Shown here: positions 47,089-55,462 of the stretch, one piece after another
Layout of the letters: every line of letters starts with the position of its first letter
Position numbering within the stretch: position 1 is the first letter of the stretch
Origin: Luteolibacter sp.
Lineage (GTDB): Bacteria > Verrucomicrobiota > Verrucomicrobiia > Verrucomicrobiales > Akkermansiaceae
Length of the DNA: 64,000 bases
Direction: 5' to 3'
Assembly: GCA_047606285.1 (NCBI GenBank)
Contig: JASGEP010000020.1
Span: forward strand, 30,891 to 94,890
Notes under the pieces: model-generated
The model's database searches: none
Told to the model about the DNA's origin: nothing
The model's input: only the letters and a program-made list of their open reading frames with translations
Program-made: the position numbers and the translations under genes

Positions 47089-48185
47089 ATCTCGCTTTCA
47101 TCCAGCGATTGGATCAAATTGGCGGCGGCTCGCGGGTGAGTTTGCGTAGTACTATGTGGACATTGCGTGAGCACAGGCCAGACTGGCAGCTTTCCTTGGT
47201 GACTCAAAGCCGAGGGCCTTTGTCCGAAGCGGCACTGGAACAGGGAATTTCCTGGGTGTCTTCTTCCTTGCCACGTTTTCGAAAACCTTTGTCTCGTTTT
47301 GTCTTCTGGAGGGATTGCCGTCGCTTGGCCAGTCGTTTGAGCGGGACTTCACTGAATGCAATCGTGAGTAACGAGTGGGTGACAGCCCCACATGCGCGGG
47401 CGGTCGCGAAGTGTTTGAAGATTCCTGCGATTTCTTACGTGAGGGATTTCATCGCGGTTGAGCGTGGGAGGAAATATCTCCTTCACCGGATGGATCGTTT
47501 GCTTTGTGTGAGCGAATCCATGCGCGTGGCCATGATCGAGGCGGGGTACGATCCTGCGAAGCTGAAAACGGTTTACAATCCCGTCCTCAAGCCAGTGGTT
47601 CAGGAACCGGACCCTCAGTTGCTTCAAAAAATCAAATGTGCCGGAGCCAGAAGGTGGTTGCTTTACCTCGGCCGGATATCGTCTCGCAAAAACCAGATCG
47701 ACGCGGTGGAAACGTTGAAGCATTTGCGGAAATTTTCTAAGCAGGATTGGGGATTGTTAATCGTCGGAGACGAGGATGAAGATTACGCGAAACGATTGGA
47801 AGATCGGATCGCCGCTTCCGGGTTGTCAGGGAGGGCTCTTAAATTGGGAATGATTTCCCAACCGGGATGGCTGATTGACATGGTGGATGCTAGCGTTCTG
47901 ACAAGTAAAAGTGAAGGTCTGGCGAGGGTGCTAATCGAGTCCTTCCTGATGCGAATTCCCGCTTTTTCCTATCCAATGGCGGGTGTGGAGGATGTCTATG
48001 GCGAAAATTTGAAGGACTTCGTTTCGCAGGAGGGTGATCCGGAAGCTCTGGCGCGAATCATCGCGGAGCATATTGATGCGGAAGGAACGAGGCGGAAAAC
48101 TGAATTATTGGGTGATTTCCTCACGTACAGGCACTCAGTTAGCAATCATGTTCGCGAATTCGAAAAAGCTGTTGGGACAGAGTGA
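47085..48185 (+). CDS. GT4 glycosyltransferase (low GC)
   Basis: IGGGSR, YLGRISSRKNQ, SKSEGLARVLIES. Confidence 0.85.
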   Translation: MNLAFIQRLDQIGGGSRVSLRSTMWTLREHRPDWQLSLVTQSRGPLSEAALEQGISWVSSSLPRFRKPLSRFVFWRDCRRLASRLSGTSLNAIVSNEWVTAPHARAVAKCLKIPAISYVRDFIAVERGRKYLLHRMDRLLCVSESMRVAMIEAGYDPAKLKTVYNPVLKPVVQEPDPQLLQKIKCAGARRWLLYLGRISSRKNQIDAVETLKHLRKFSKQDWGLLIVGDEDEDYAKRLEDRIAASGLSGRALKLGMISQPGWLIDMVDASVLTSKSEGLARVLIESFLMRIPAFSYPMAGVEDVYGENLKDFVSQEGDPEALARIIAEHIDAEGTRRKTELLGDFLTYRHSVSNHVREFEKAVGTE

Positions 48186-49159
48186 ATATCCGGAACGAAC
48201 CCCATGATTTTTTCCTCCCGATGCTGATCTTCGATTTTCAGTTTCTTCCTCTTGGCTCGAACCTTGATCGCCTTTGGACGGAAAAACCACGGTATGAAGA
48301 AGCCCCGGGTGGCCCGGAATTCCGTTTCAATGCCCAGTAGTGTGGTGCCGCGGACAATCATTTCTCTCAAGTCTTCCAGAGCGTCGGGTGAGATTCCATG
48401 TTCTTTGAGGAACTCGGTTTGTTCTGCTAGAATTTCTGACGATTTCTCGATCAAAAGCCGGACGATCTGTGGGTCGGGTTGTTGTTTGTGTGCGGACTGC
48501 GCGTGAAATTTGAAATAGGACTCCACTTGGGGAGCGAGTGCCCAGCGAACTTTCCGCGCTACGGATAATGCCCACATAACATCTCCGCGATGCCCGCAAT
48601 CCTCGGGGAAGGGATTTTGTTGGAGGATATGGGTTCTGAACAGATTTCCGGAGCAACTGGAAAGGGGTGATTTCGGGAAAAATCCCAGGAGGAAAACCAA
48701 CCAATAGGCCTGAGGGAAGATTAGGGGATCAGTGAGCTGATAGTGTTCGATGAGGCGGTGGATTGGCCATTTCCTGGAACTTCGAGAGTGATCGGGATTC
48801 AGTAAAATAGGTGGAGAAATGACAACATCGGCGGATAACTTCTGAATAAGGTCAAAAAGTTTTTTCAGAGAGTGTGAGGGGAGGGGATCACCGGTGGTAG
48901 CTACCGTCGTAAACTCGTACTTTGCGTGTGAGATGCCGAAGTTCCAAGAGGGATAGAGGCCAGGAGGATGGTTGAGGAAAACGGCATTCGGGATTTGCAA
49001 ATGTTCCTTCAGGTAATCCAAGGTGCCATCCGATGAATCGCTGTCGACAACGATGATTTCGCCGGCGATTTCGGCAAGGTCGCGCAAGTGGGCTACGTGA
49101 GCGGGCATTTCCGATACGCACTCTCTTACCGGAGTGATGATGCTGACAGGAATTTTCAT
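48146..49159 (-). CDS. GT2 glycosyltransferase (low GC)
   Basis: VSIITPV, IIVVDSDSSDGT, GLYPSWNFGI. Confidence 0.8.
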   Translation of the reverse strand: MKIPVSIITPVRECVSEMPAHVAHLRDLAEIAGEIIVVDSDSSDGTLDYLKEHLQIPNAVFLNHPPGLYPSWNFGISHAKYEFTTVATTGDPLPSHSLKKLFDLIQKLSADVVISPPILLNPDHSRSSRKWPIHRLIEHYQLTDPLIFPQAYWLVFLLGFFPKSPLSSCSGNLFRTHILQQNPFPEDCGHRGDVMWALSVARKVRWALAPQVESYFKFHAQSAHKQQPDPQIVRLLIEKSSEILAEQTEFLKEHGISPDALEDLREMIVRGTTLLGIETEFRATRGFFIPWFFRPKAIKVRAKRKKLKIEDQHREEKIMGFVPDIHSVPTAFSNSRT

Positions 49160-49177
49160 GGCTTGAGAGGTTCCTCG

Positions 49178-50191
49178 TCAGTTAATTTTCCAGTATTTGT
49201 CGACCTGAGAGATGATATGCTCAGGATCTTTCAAGGAGAGTAGATCGCTGCGGTAGCATTTCGCTCGTTTGGGATTCAGCAGAGTATAGAACCAGCTTTT
49301 TTTGCGAATGATCGCTTGGTCGCAAGTAGGTAAAGCGGGTTTGCAAGTTTGTCGATATGGGAAAAAAATGTGGTGAGCTTCATGCCACAGGCAATGAGCG
49401 AGCCAATTGCTGGTTTTCGGGGCTTCCAGCCAGGGTTTGGACGTGCCGATGTAGTGAAGATTCAGATTAAGGTTGCCTTGGCAAAGCGGGCGGGTCGCAC
49501 CGATCGTGGTGCGGTGATTGATGCTGTTTGGCAGAATGTAGGATCTTCCCCGACAGAGAAAATTGAATACGGACTGGTCTCCTTGGCGGGCTTGCCCCGC
49601 CGCGGCGCGGGCGGCGATCGATCGGGCGGTGAAATCCACTTCGCGCAGCCCTTTCAGATTCATCCACATGACACCGCAGTTGATGTAGGGCAATTTGCGT
49701 TCTTCGGGTGGGACCTGATCTATCCACGGGCAGTCTTTTTCGATCACGCTGAAATAATCCCGCGCTCCGGCGAGGAGCCAGTGGGTTTCCCCCTGTGGTG
49801 GATGAACGGATTCAACTCCTTTGAAGCACAGCACATCGGCATCCAGGTAGATGATTTCGTCCAGATGGGGAAGCTGTTCGGGCAACACCAATTTGGCATA
49901 GGTCATGCGGGACCCCCGGCGCTCGGGCAGGGTCATCAGGCGCGATTGATCGATGGTCAAAAGGTCGATCGTGACCGCAATGCCTTTGAGCGATGCGATG
50001 CGTTCGATGACCTTGCGGAGCTCATCGAGAGATTCCGGAGGTAGCCCGCCGTCCAAAATAAGAAAGCGATAATCGTATTTCCCTGAGGCTGCTGCGGTCG
50101 TGGATGACACGGCCATTTCCAGACCGGGTAAAAATCGTGCGTCGGCATTGGAGACGATGGTCAGCAGAGGACGGGTGGAGGAATCGGTCAT
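49178..50191 (-). CDS. GT8 glycosyltransferase
   Basis: YAKL..P, IIYLDADVL, INCGVMWMNL, GDQSVFN, HYIGTSKPW. Confidence 0.9.
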   Translation of the reverse strand: MTDSSTRPLLTIVSNADARFLPGLEMAVSSTTAAASGKYDYRFLILDGGLPPESLDELRKVIERIASLKGIAVTIDLLTIDQSRLMTLPERRGSRMTYAKLVLPEQLPHLDEIIYLDADVLCFKGVESVHPPQGETHWLLAGARDYFSVIEKDCPWIDQVPPEERKLPYINCGVMWMNLKGLREVDFTARSIAARAAAGQARQGDQSVFNFLCRGRSYILPNSINHRTTIGATRPLCQGNLNLNLHYIGTSKPWLEAPKTSNWLAHCLWHEAHHIFFPYRQTCKPALPTCDQAIIRKKSWFYTLLNPKRAKCYRSDLLSLKDPEHIISQVDKYWKIN

Positions 50192-50916
50192 CGAGGCACT
50201 CGATAGGCGTTGAGGAGGAGAACTTGTTTTCGGGATGCACTACTAGCAAGTTTTTTTATAAACCGTCCGGGCGCGAGGTGAGCGTCGTAGTAGGCGCGGG
50301 CATTGCGGCGGAGCATGAGGATTTCTCCGGCATCCATGGTCAGGAGACGAGCGATTGTATCGCGGAGCGAGCCGGGGTCCTGGAAAATGAGGCAGTTTAC
50401 GCCGTGGGTGAACGGGTGGGTTAGATAGTCGACGTATTGGAGGATCGGGATGGTAAAAGAGGGTTTTTCGGAAGCGGTGGCGTCCGGCTGGATTCCACGC
50501 ATGAGCGAGTGATTGATCCCACGGCCGGTCCGATAAAGGGTGGTGGCGAGCCACTTCAGTCGTTGGTTTTTCCAACTGTTGTTGATGAATTCGATCAAAT
50601 TCCGCCAATGGTTCTCTTTGAAATGGATTTTGGAAGAACGGCTTCCGGCAAAGAGGGCGTTTAGCGATGGCTCGGGCGGGTGCTCCCGGGGATGCGGTAG
50701 CCGGAGCATCCACCGGTATGGCATGGCCTTGAGACAGCGTTTAATGATAGACCGGGCTTTCCGAGGAGGGAATATGGACCGAATGAAAATCTCCCGGACA
50801 TCGGCGGCCTGATGCTTGGCGAGTTTCCGGACAAACGCCAGGGATTGGACCAAATGTCCTTGGCTGCCTTTATTCAAGATCCATACTTTTTTCCCGGCTG
50901 GAAAACTTGACGGCAT
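50188..50916 (-). pseudogene. Chimeric ORF: ELM1-like N-terminal fragment, unrelated middle, and a duplicated C-terminus of the 51991-53100 gene
   Basis: N-terminus VWILNKGSQGHLVQSLAF resembles the ELM1/GtrOC1 start; the last about 89 aa are collinear with the exostosin-like protein C-terminus. Confidence 0.6.
50260..50454. repeat. Direct repeat copy A (partner at 52063-52257, offset 1803 bp)
   Basis: Ungapped 195-nt manual alignment, about 21 mismatches (about 89% identity). Confidence 0.9.
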
Positions 50917-50959
50917 GTTCAAATGAGGGAGGTGAGCTGATGGGTATGACGGAAGCATT

Positions 50960-51994
50960 TCAGGTGAAATCGAACACTCCGGGAGGCAGCGGACACACGG
51001 GTGATAGATTCCGGATCCGGATGTCTTTTCCGGCCAATGCCCGGTTCATCGTTTGAAAGGAGGGCAGGATCACGGAGGCGTATCGCTGTTCCAGTTTGCT
51101 GGGCATGGCATTCTGATAGACGCTGGAATTCCCCCTCAGATCCATGCCGATGATCTCGATGTCCTTGGCTCCAAGGCCGACCGCCGCTTGCAAGGCGACA
51201 AAGGCGACGGTGGCTGAAGGATAAAATCCCCAATCCATGTGATGGGACCAGCCGACCGAGCCTCTCCATCCAGAGGCACTCCGAAGATGAGGGGCCGAAT
51301 CGATGGGATGGGAACTACCGGAGTGTTCCGAAGCCCCCGTTTGATCTGGCAAATAGAACGGAAATTCTGACTGGAGGTTGATGTTTTTCAGGGTGGAAGG
51401 GGGTAAGGAAGGGGTTCCATACCATAAATTGACCCGTTCGATGATGGAGACTTTTTTATGATCCAACCCTCCGGGGAAATAACGGTGGATGGCTGCGGCG
51501 CAACGATACTCGATGATGAGGGGGACGCCTTCCGCGTTTCTGACATGGAATCCGTTGACTTTACTGAAATTCGGATCCGTGACGACGAGAAGATCCGGGA
51601 TAATGCCTCGTTCTTTCAGAAAACTCGCTCCCCCGGTGACGGCGATGATGAAGCGTCCGGAATGCTTCAGGGCTTCCCAGTCGTAAGCCAAGGCGGATGG
51701 GCCGGTGGTCACCAGAGTGACGGGCCGTTGGATCGGGGGGAGTAGTTCCGGGATGCGGGAAGATTCTACCGCGATTTTCCCTTTGAACCGCATCGCGGTA
51801 ATGGAGCCGTCCTTGCGATCGAAAGTGTAGCGGTGATCGAAACGTTTCAGGTGCTTCCACTCGTTTCTCCATAATAAATTGGCGAGCAGATGTTTGAACG
51901 GAGGAGGTAGGCAGAGGTCGATGCAACGCTGGATATTCCGGCGCTTTTGAAAGGAATGATCCGTCTGGAGGTAGCGAGGAAGAGTTTCTGTCAT
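50960..51994 (-). CDS. WaaZ/RfaZ-like putative Kdo transferase, copy 3
   Basis: VTTGPS, AVTGG, LVVTDPNF, GFYPSATVAFVALQ, IIGMDL; ATG at 51994 overlaps the upstream stop (ATGA). Confidence 0.72.
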   Translation of the reverse strand: MTETLPRYLQTDHSFQKRRNIQRCIDLCLPPPFKHLLANLLWRNEWKHLKRFDHRYTFDRKDGSITAMRFKGKIAVESSRIPELLPPIQRPVTLVTTGPSALAYDWEALKHSGRFIIAVTGGASFLKERGIIPDLLVVTDPNFSKVNGFHVRNAEGVPLIIEYRCAAAIHRYFPGGLDHKKVSIIERVNLWYGTPSLPPSTLKNINLQSEFPFYLPDQTGASEHSGSSHPIDSAPHLRSASGWRGSVGWSHHMDWGFYPSATVAFVALQAAVGLGAKDIEIIGMDLRGNSSVYQNAMPSKLEQRYASVILPSFQTMNRALAGKDIRIRNLSPVCPLPPGVFDFT

Positions 51995-53100
51995 CGGGGG
52001 GTACGGTAAGCGTTGAGGAGGAGGGTTTGATGCGGGTGGGAACCGCAGAACAGCTCCCGGAGAAACCGCCCGGGCGCGAGATGGGCGTCGTGGTAGGCAC
52101 GGACGTTGGTGCGCAGGGAGAGGATTTCTTCGGCATCCATGGTCAGGAGACGGGCGATTGTATCGCGGAGCGAGCCGGGGTCCTGGAAAGTGAGGCAGTT
52201 TACGCCGTGGGTGAGCGGGTGGGGCAGGTAGTCGGCGTATTGGAGGATCGGGATGGTGCCTGCGGCGAGGGCTTCGATCAGGTTGTGGCAGAGCGGCATG
52301 CCGACGCCGGGGCAGGCGAGAAAGAAGTCGGCTTTGGCCAAGGCGTCGAGCCAGCGTTCGGGTGGTATTTTGCAATGTTGGGTTTCGCAGAGGACAAACG
52401 AGCGTTTTTCGTCCGATGCGAGCCAGGTTTCCGCGTGAGTCGGGCGGTAGAGATCCGGGCAGACACGGGTGGCGACGCTGAGCATGTCGCGGCGAGTGAG
52501 CATGCCGTAAAGGGTGCGGATGACGTCCTTGTCGTATTTGCCTTCTTCGGTATTGCCGCCGAAGAAAAGCCGGACGGGCCGTTCTTCTGAGACGTTGTAA
52601 GGATAGGGCAGGTCGACTTTCGTGGTGATCTGCGGATGGACGAAAACGGGAAATTCGACTTCATCCGGAGAGGCGGCGGTGCGCCAGGTGTAGTCGACTT
52701 TGATCATACGCTTCGCGTTTGGGTCAGCGGATTCCTGGGAATCGGTGATGAGATCGTATGGCTCGTGGAGAGCCTGAAGCGATGGAATGACACCGAGTCT
52801 TTCCTTGAGGAGGATGGATTTCATCCGGCTGGTGCCGAAGGAGGAAAGGGTGGCGCGGCGGGCGGTGAAAACGGGGAAATACCCGGCGTCGATGGCATCC
52901 CGGACGAGGCTGAAATAGTAGCGTCCGCCGACGGCATCAATGGTCGGGTTTTGAAAATCGAAGCAAAGAATCGGTTCACCGGAGTGACGTTCCGACAGGC
53001 CGCGTGCCGTCAACTGCGCGAATGCCCGGCGGTAGCGCGGGCTGATGTAAGGGCGGAGGCGTCGATAGTGTGCTTCCAGCCATTTTCCCGAATTGGCCAT
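51991..53100 (-). CDS. Exostosin-like (GT47-like) glycosyltransferase
   Basis: LFFGGN, DALAKADFFLACPG, LIEALAAGTIPIL. Confidence 0.65.
   Translation of the reverse strand: MANSGKWLEAHYRRLRPYISPRYRRAFAQLTARGLSERHSGEPILCFDFQNPTIDAVGGRYYFSLVRDAIDAGYFPVFTARRATLSSFGTSRMKSILLKERLGVIPSLQALHEPYDLITDSQESADPNAKRMIKVDYTWRTAASPDEVEFPVFVHPQITTKVDLPYPYNVSEERPVRLFFGGNTEEGKYDKDVIRTLYGMLTRRDMLSVATRVCPDLYRPTHAETWLASDEKRSFVLCETQHCKIPPERWLDALAKADFFLACPGVGMPLCHNLIEALAAGTIPILQYADYLPHPLTHGVNCLTFQDPGSLRDTIARLLTMDAEEILSLRTNVRAYHDAHLAPGRFLRELFCGSHPHQTLLLNAYRTPR
52063..52257. repeat. Direct repeat copy B
   Basis: See copy A; lies in the 3' end of the exostosin-like gene. Confidence 0.9.
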
Positions 53101-53102
53101 GC

Positions 53103-53924
53103 TCAGGGTTGGGGACGTTTGTGAATTCCGTTGGGGCACCACACGCTGCCGCTGGCAATCACTTCCTGGCGGATGGCCATGTTTTTCGCCATGGTTTCCG
53201 GGGTTTTGTAGCCGCGTTTGTGATCGAGGTGCAGGACGATGGCCTGATAGCGGATTTGTCGCCCGGTGACGCCGTAGTTCGCGAGGCGCTCGCCGAGTTC
53301 GCGATCCGCGCCGCCGTATTGCATGTCTTCGTTGAAGCCGTTGACGGCGATGAGATCGTCTTTCCAGCCGGATGCGTTGCAGTTGTTCCAGGTGGCTTTG
53401 GTGGGCGTGATGGCATCCATCAGCGGTCCGAGAGCGGGAGGCAGGCCGATTTTCAGGGACGGGGAAAACTCCTTCAGGCCGTTGGTGCGGAGAAAACCGA
53501 CGTCGAAGGCGCGGCCGCTTTCGATGTCATCGAGCGTGAGTTTGAGGCTCAAATCCATCGGCAGCTTGCAATAGCCACCGGAAAGAAAATGGCCGCGTTT
53601 GGCGTGCTTGGTGTGCACGGCGAGAAAATCCGGACGCGGGATGCAATCGCCGTCCGTCATGAGGATGTAATCGTACTCCGCTTGCTGGAGGGCGACGTTG
53701 AGAATGGTTTGACGCCGGTATCCTTCATCGGCGTGCCAGACGTGTTTGATGGGGTAGTTCGAGACTTGTCTGAAGTTTTCGATCACGTCGATCGTCCGCT
53801 GGTCCGAACCGTCGTCGGCGATGAGCACTTCGAAGTCCCGGAAGGTCTGATACAGGTAACCGTGCAGGACTTTGTTCAGCCAATCGGGCTGGTTGTAGGT
53901 GCTGATAACGACGGATTGTTTCAT
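53103..53924 (-). CDS. GT2 glycosyltransferase with galactosyltransferase-like C-terminus
   Basis: SVVISTYN, IADDGS, MTDGDCIP, NGFNEDMQYGGADRE. Confidence 0.9.
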   Translation of the reverse strand: MKQSVVISTYNQPDWLNKVLHGYLYQTFRDFEVLIADDGSDQRTIDVIENFRQVSNYPIKHVWHADEGYRRQTILNVALQQAEYDYILMTDGDCIPRPDFLAVHTKHAKRGHFLSGGYCKLPMDLSLKLTLDDIESGRAFDVGFLRTNGLKEFSPSLKIGLPPALGPLMDAITPTKATWNNCNASGWKDDLIAVNGFNEDMQYGGADRELGERLANYGVTGRQIRYQAIVLHLDHKRGYKTPETMAKNMAIRQEVIASGSVWCPNGIHKRPQP

Positions 53925-53959
53925 GAAAATGGGATTGGAGGTGGGCCCAAGGGAAAGCA

Positions 53960-54595
53960 TCATTCCGGTTCGGGGCGTCTTGCAAGTGAGATTGCCAAAC
54001 CGAGGGTGCCGACAAAAATCAGGTAGCAGGCGAGCAATTCGAGGTAGCTTTTACAGATTCTCGGGATTTCCGGAGCGAAGGCGTCGCCCAGGGAGGCTTT
54101 CCAGAATACGGCGGAGCCCATCACCCGGTTGAAGACATAAAGAATGAGCAGGGCGGCACCGATGAAACCGGTGCCGGTGTGGCTGCCGAGGGATCTTCCG
54201 AACCGCAACACCGTGCGTTTGTGGCGCAGGCAGGTGACGAGCGCGATGGCGAGAATAACGCAGATGATTTCTCCCTCGGGCAGTTTGATCTGCAGGAAAT
54301 CCCAGAAAAAATCTTCGATTTCCCCCACCACGGCGGCGAAGAGGCAAAGGGCGATGGCGCGGCAGATCGGGCGATTGGGACCGGTATGGGGGGAGGCTCC
54401 GAGCATTACGGCCGCTCCCGCCACGAGAAGCAGTGCCTGGAGCAGCTCCACGGTGCCGCGGGTGAGCGGGACGCCCGGCCGGTTCGGTAACCAGGCGGGC
54501 AGGAGAATGGCGACGCACCCACCACAGATCAGAGCCGCGCGAACGAGGTGGCGGGACAGGGATTTGCTTCCGGGTTGGTAAGGAGAACGAGCCAC
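53960..54595 (-). CDS. Hypothetical polytopic membrane protein
   Basis: About six hydrophobic segments; GTG start; overlaps the region just upstream of the GT2 gene. Confidence 0.65.
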   Translation of the reverse strand: MARSPYQPGSKSLSRHLVRAALICGGCVAILLPAWLPNRPGVPLTRGTVELLQALLLVAGAAVMLGASPHTGPNRPICRAIALCLFAAVVGEIEDFFWDFLQIKLPEGEIICVILAIALVTCLRHKRTVLRFGRSLGSHTGTGFIGAALLILYVFNRVMGSAVFWKASLGDAFAPEIPRICKSYLELLACYLIFVGTLGLAISLARRPEPE

Positions 54596-54745
54596 CCTGT
54601 TTGGCTAATGCCATTCGGGAAGGCTGGCAAGGCTGGAGGGGAAGAAGGGCGAACCAGTCAGGGGGGAGTTCAACCGCGAATGAACGCCAATGGACGCGAA
54701 TTTATTATGATTTTCCAAAGATCTGGAAAAATCCGGATTCTTTTT

Positions 54746-54812
54746 CTCCAGAGACTCCAGAGACTCCAGAGACTCCGGAAACTCCGGAAACTCCGGAAAC
54801 TCCGGAAACTCC
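54746..54812. repeat. 9-bp tandem repeat, about 7.4 units (CTCCAGAGA x3, then CTCCGGAAA x4)
   Basis: Read directly from the sequence. Confidence 0.95.
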
Positions 54813-54862
54813 TCGAGTCGTAACGATTCGCGTTTAGATCCATTGCCAAAATATTCTGCCGG

Positions 54863-54980
54863 AATTGGAGCGCGGACTTCAGTCCGCCCCAAAGAATCCA
54901 GCCAACAATGCCAAGCGGACTAAAGTCCGCGCTCCCAGTAAGCCACCGAAGCCAAACGGACTGAAGTCCGTGCTCCAATT
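54863..54980. repeat. REP family B triplet (one forward, two reverse arms)
   Basis: GGAGCGCGGACTTCAGTCCG; CGGACTAAAGTCCGCGCTCC; CGGACTGAAGTCCGTGCTCC; spacers resemble that of the 45828 element. Confidence 0.85.
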
Positions 54981-55076
54981 TTCGCCAATGCTTCCGGAAA
55001 TCCTTTTGGCAATAGGGCCTATTGGTGTTCATTCGCAGTTGGAGAATACCAAACTGCAGCGCCTCAACTTCACCTT

Positions 55077-55427
55077 TCAAGGTTCCGACGGAGGCCGTGA
55101 AATCACCGCGCCGCCGCCGCTGGAGGAGCCGCTGGATTTCAGTTCCTTGTCACCCGGCAGCCCGAGCATGTCGGGCATTCGCAGTCCGTCGCCCTTAAGA
55201 GGAGTGGAATGGCGGGCGGGTGCTTGCGGAAGTGGGCTGGCGGTGGCTGCTGAGGTTGTGGAAGGTTTTGGCATTTCCGCGGCAGCGACACTCGTGGATG
55301 CCGTGCTTTCCGGTGGTGCGGATTTTTTCGGGGCCGCGGTATTCTGGACGACGACCGCCTTGGGCGCGCAGGACGCCAAGGGGAAAACCGCGCCGAAGAG
55401 GGCGGAAATGAGTAGCTGCCGTCTCAC
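55077..55427 (-). CDS. Small low-complexity lipoprotein
   Basis: GTG start, VRRQLLISALFGAVFPLASC lipobox, Ala/Ser/Thr/Pro-rich body. Confidence 0.55.
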   Translation of the reverse strand: MRRQLLISALFGAVFPLASCAPKAVVVQNTAAPKKSAPPESTASTSVAAAEMPKPSTTSAATASPLPQAPARHSTPLKGDGLRMPDMLGLPGDKELKSSGSSSGGGAVISRPPSEP

Positions 55428-55462
55428 GAATGGTGGGTTTTTGGCATAAGAAACCGCGCGGG

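Larger units (their letters stand above)
54672..55040. repeat. Composite repeat hub bounded by a 20-bp inverted repeat
   Basis: AACCGCGAATGAACGCCAAT (54672-54691) and ATTGGTGTTCATTCGCAGTT (55021-55040), 18 of 20 complementary; encloses a 9-mer array and a REP-B triplet. Confidence 0.7.

Noticed and set aside
54746-54980. Possible CRISPR array
   Set aside because: The 9-mers have no spacers, the REP-B arms are in mixed orientation with related spacers, and there are no cas genes.
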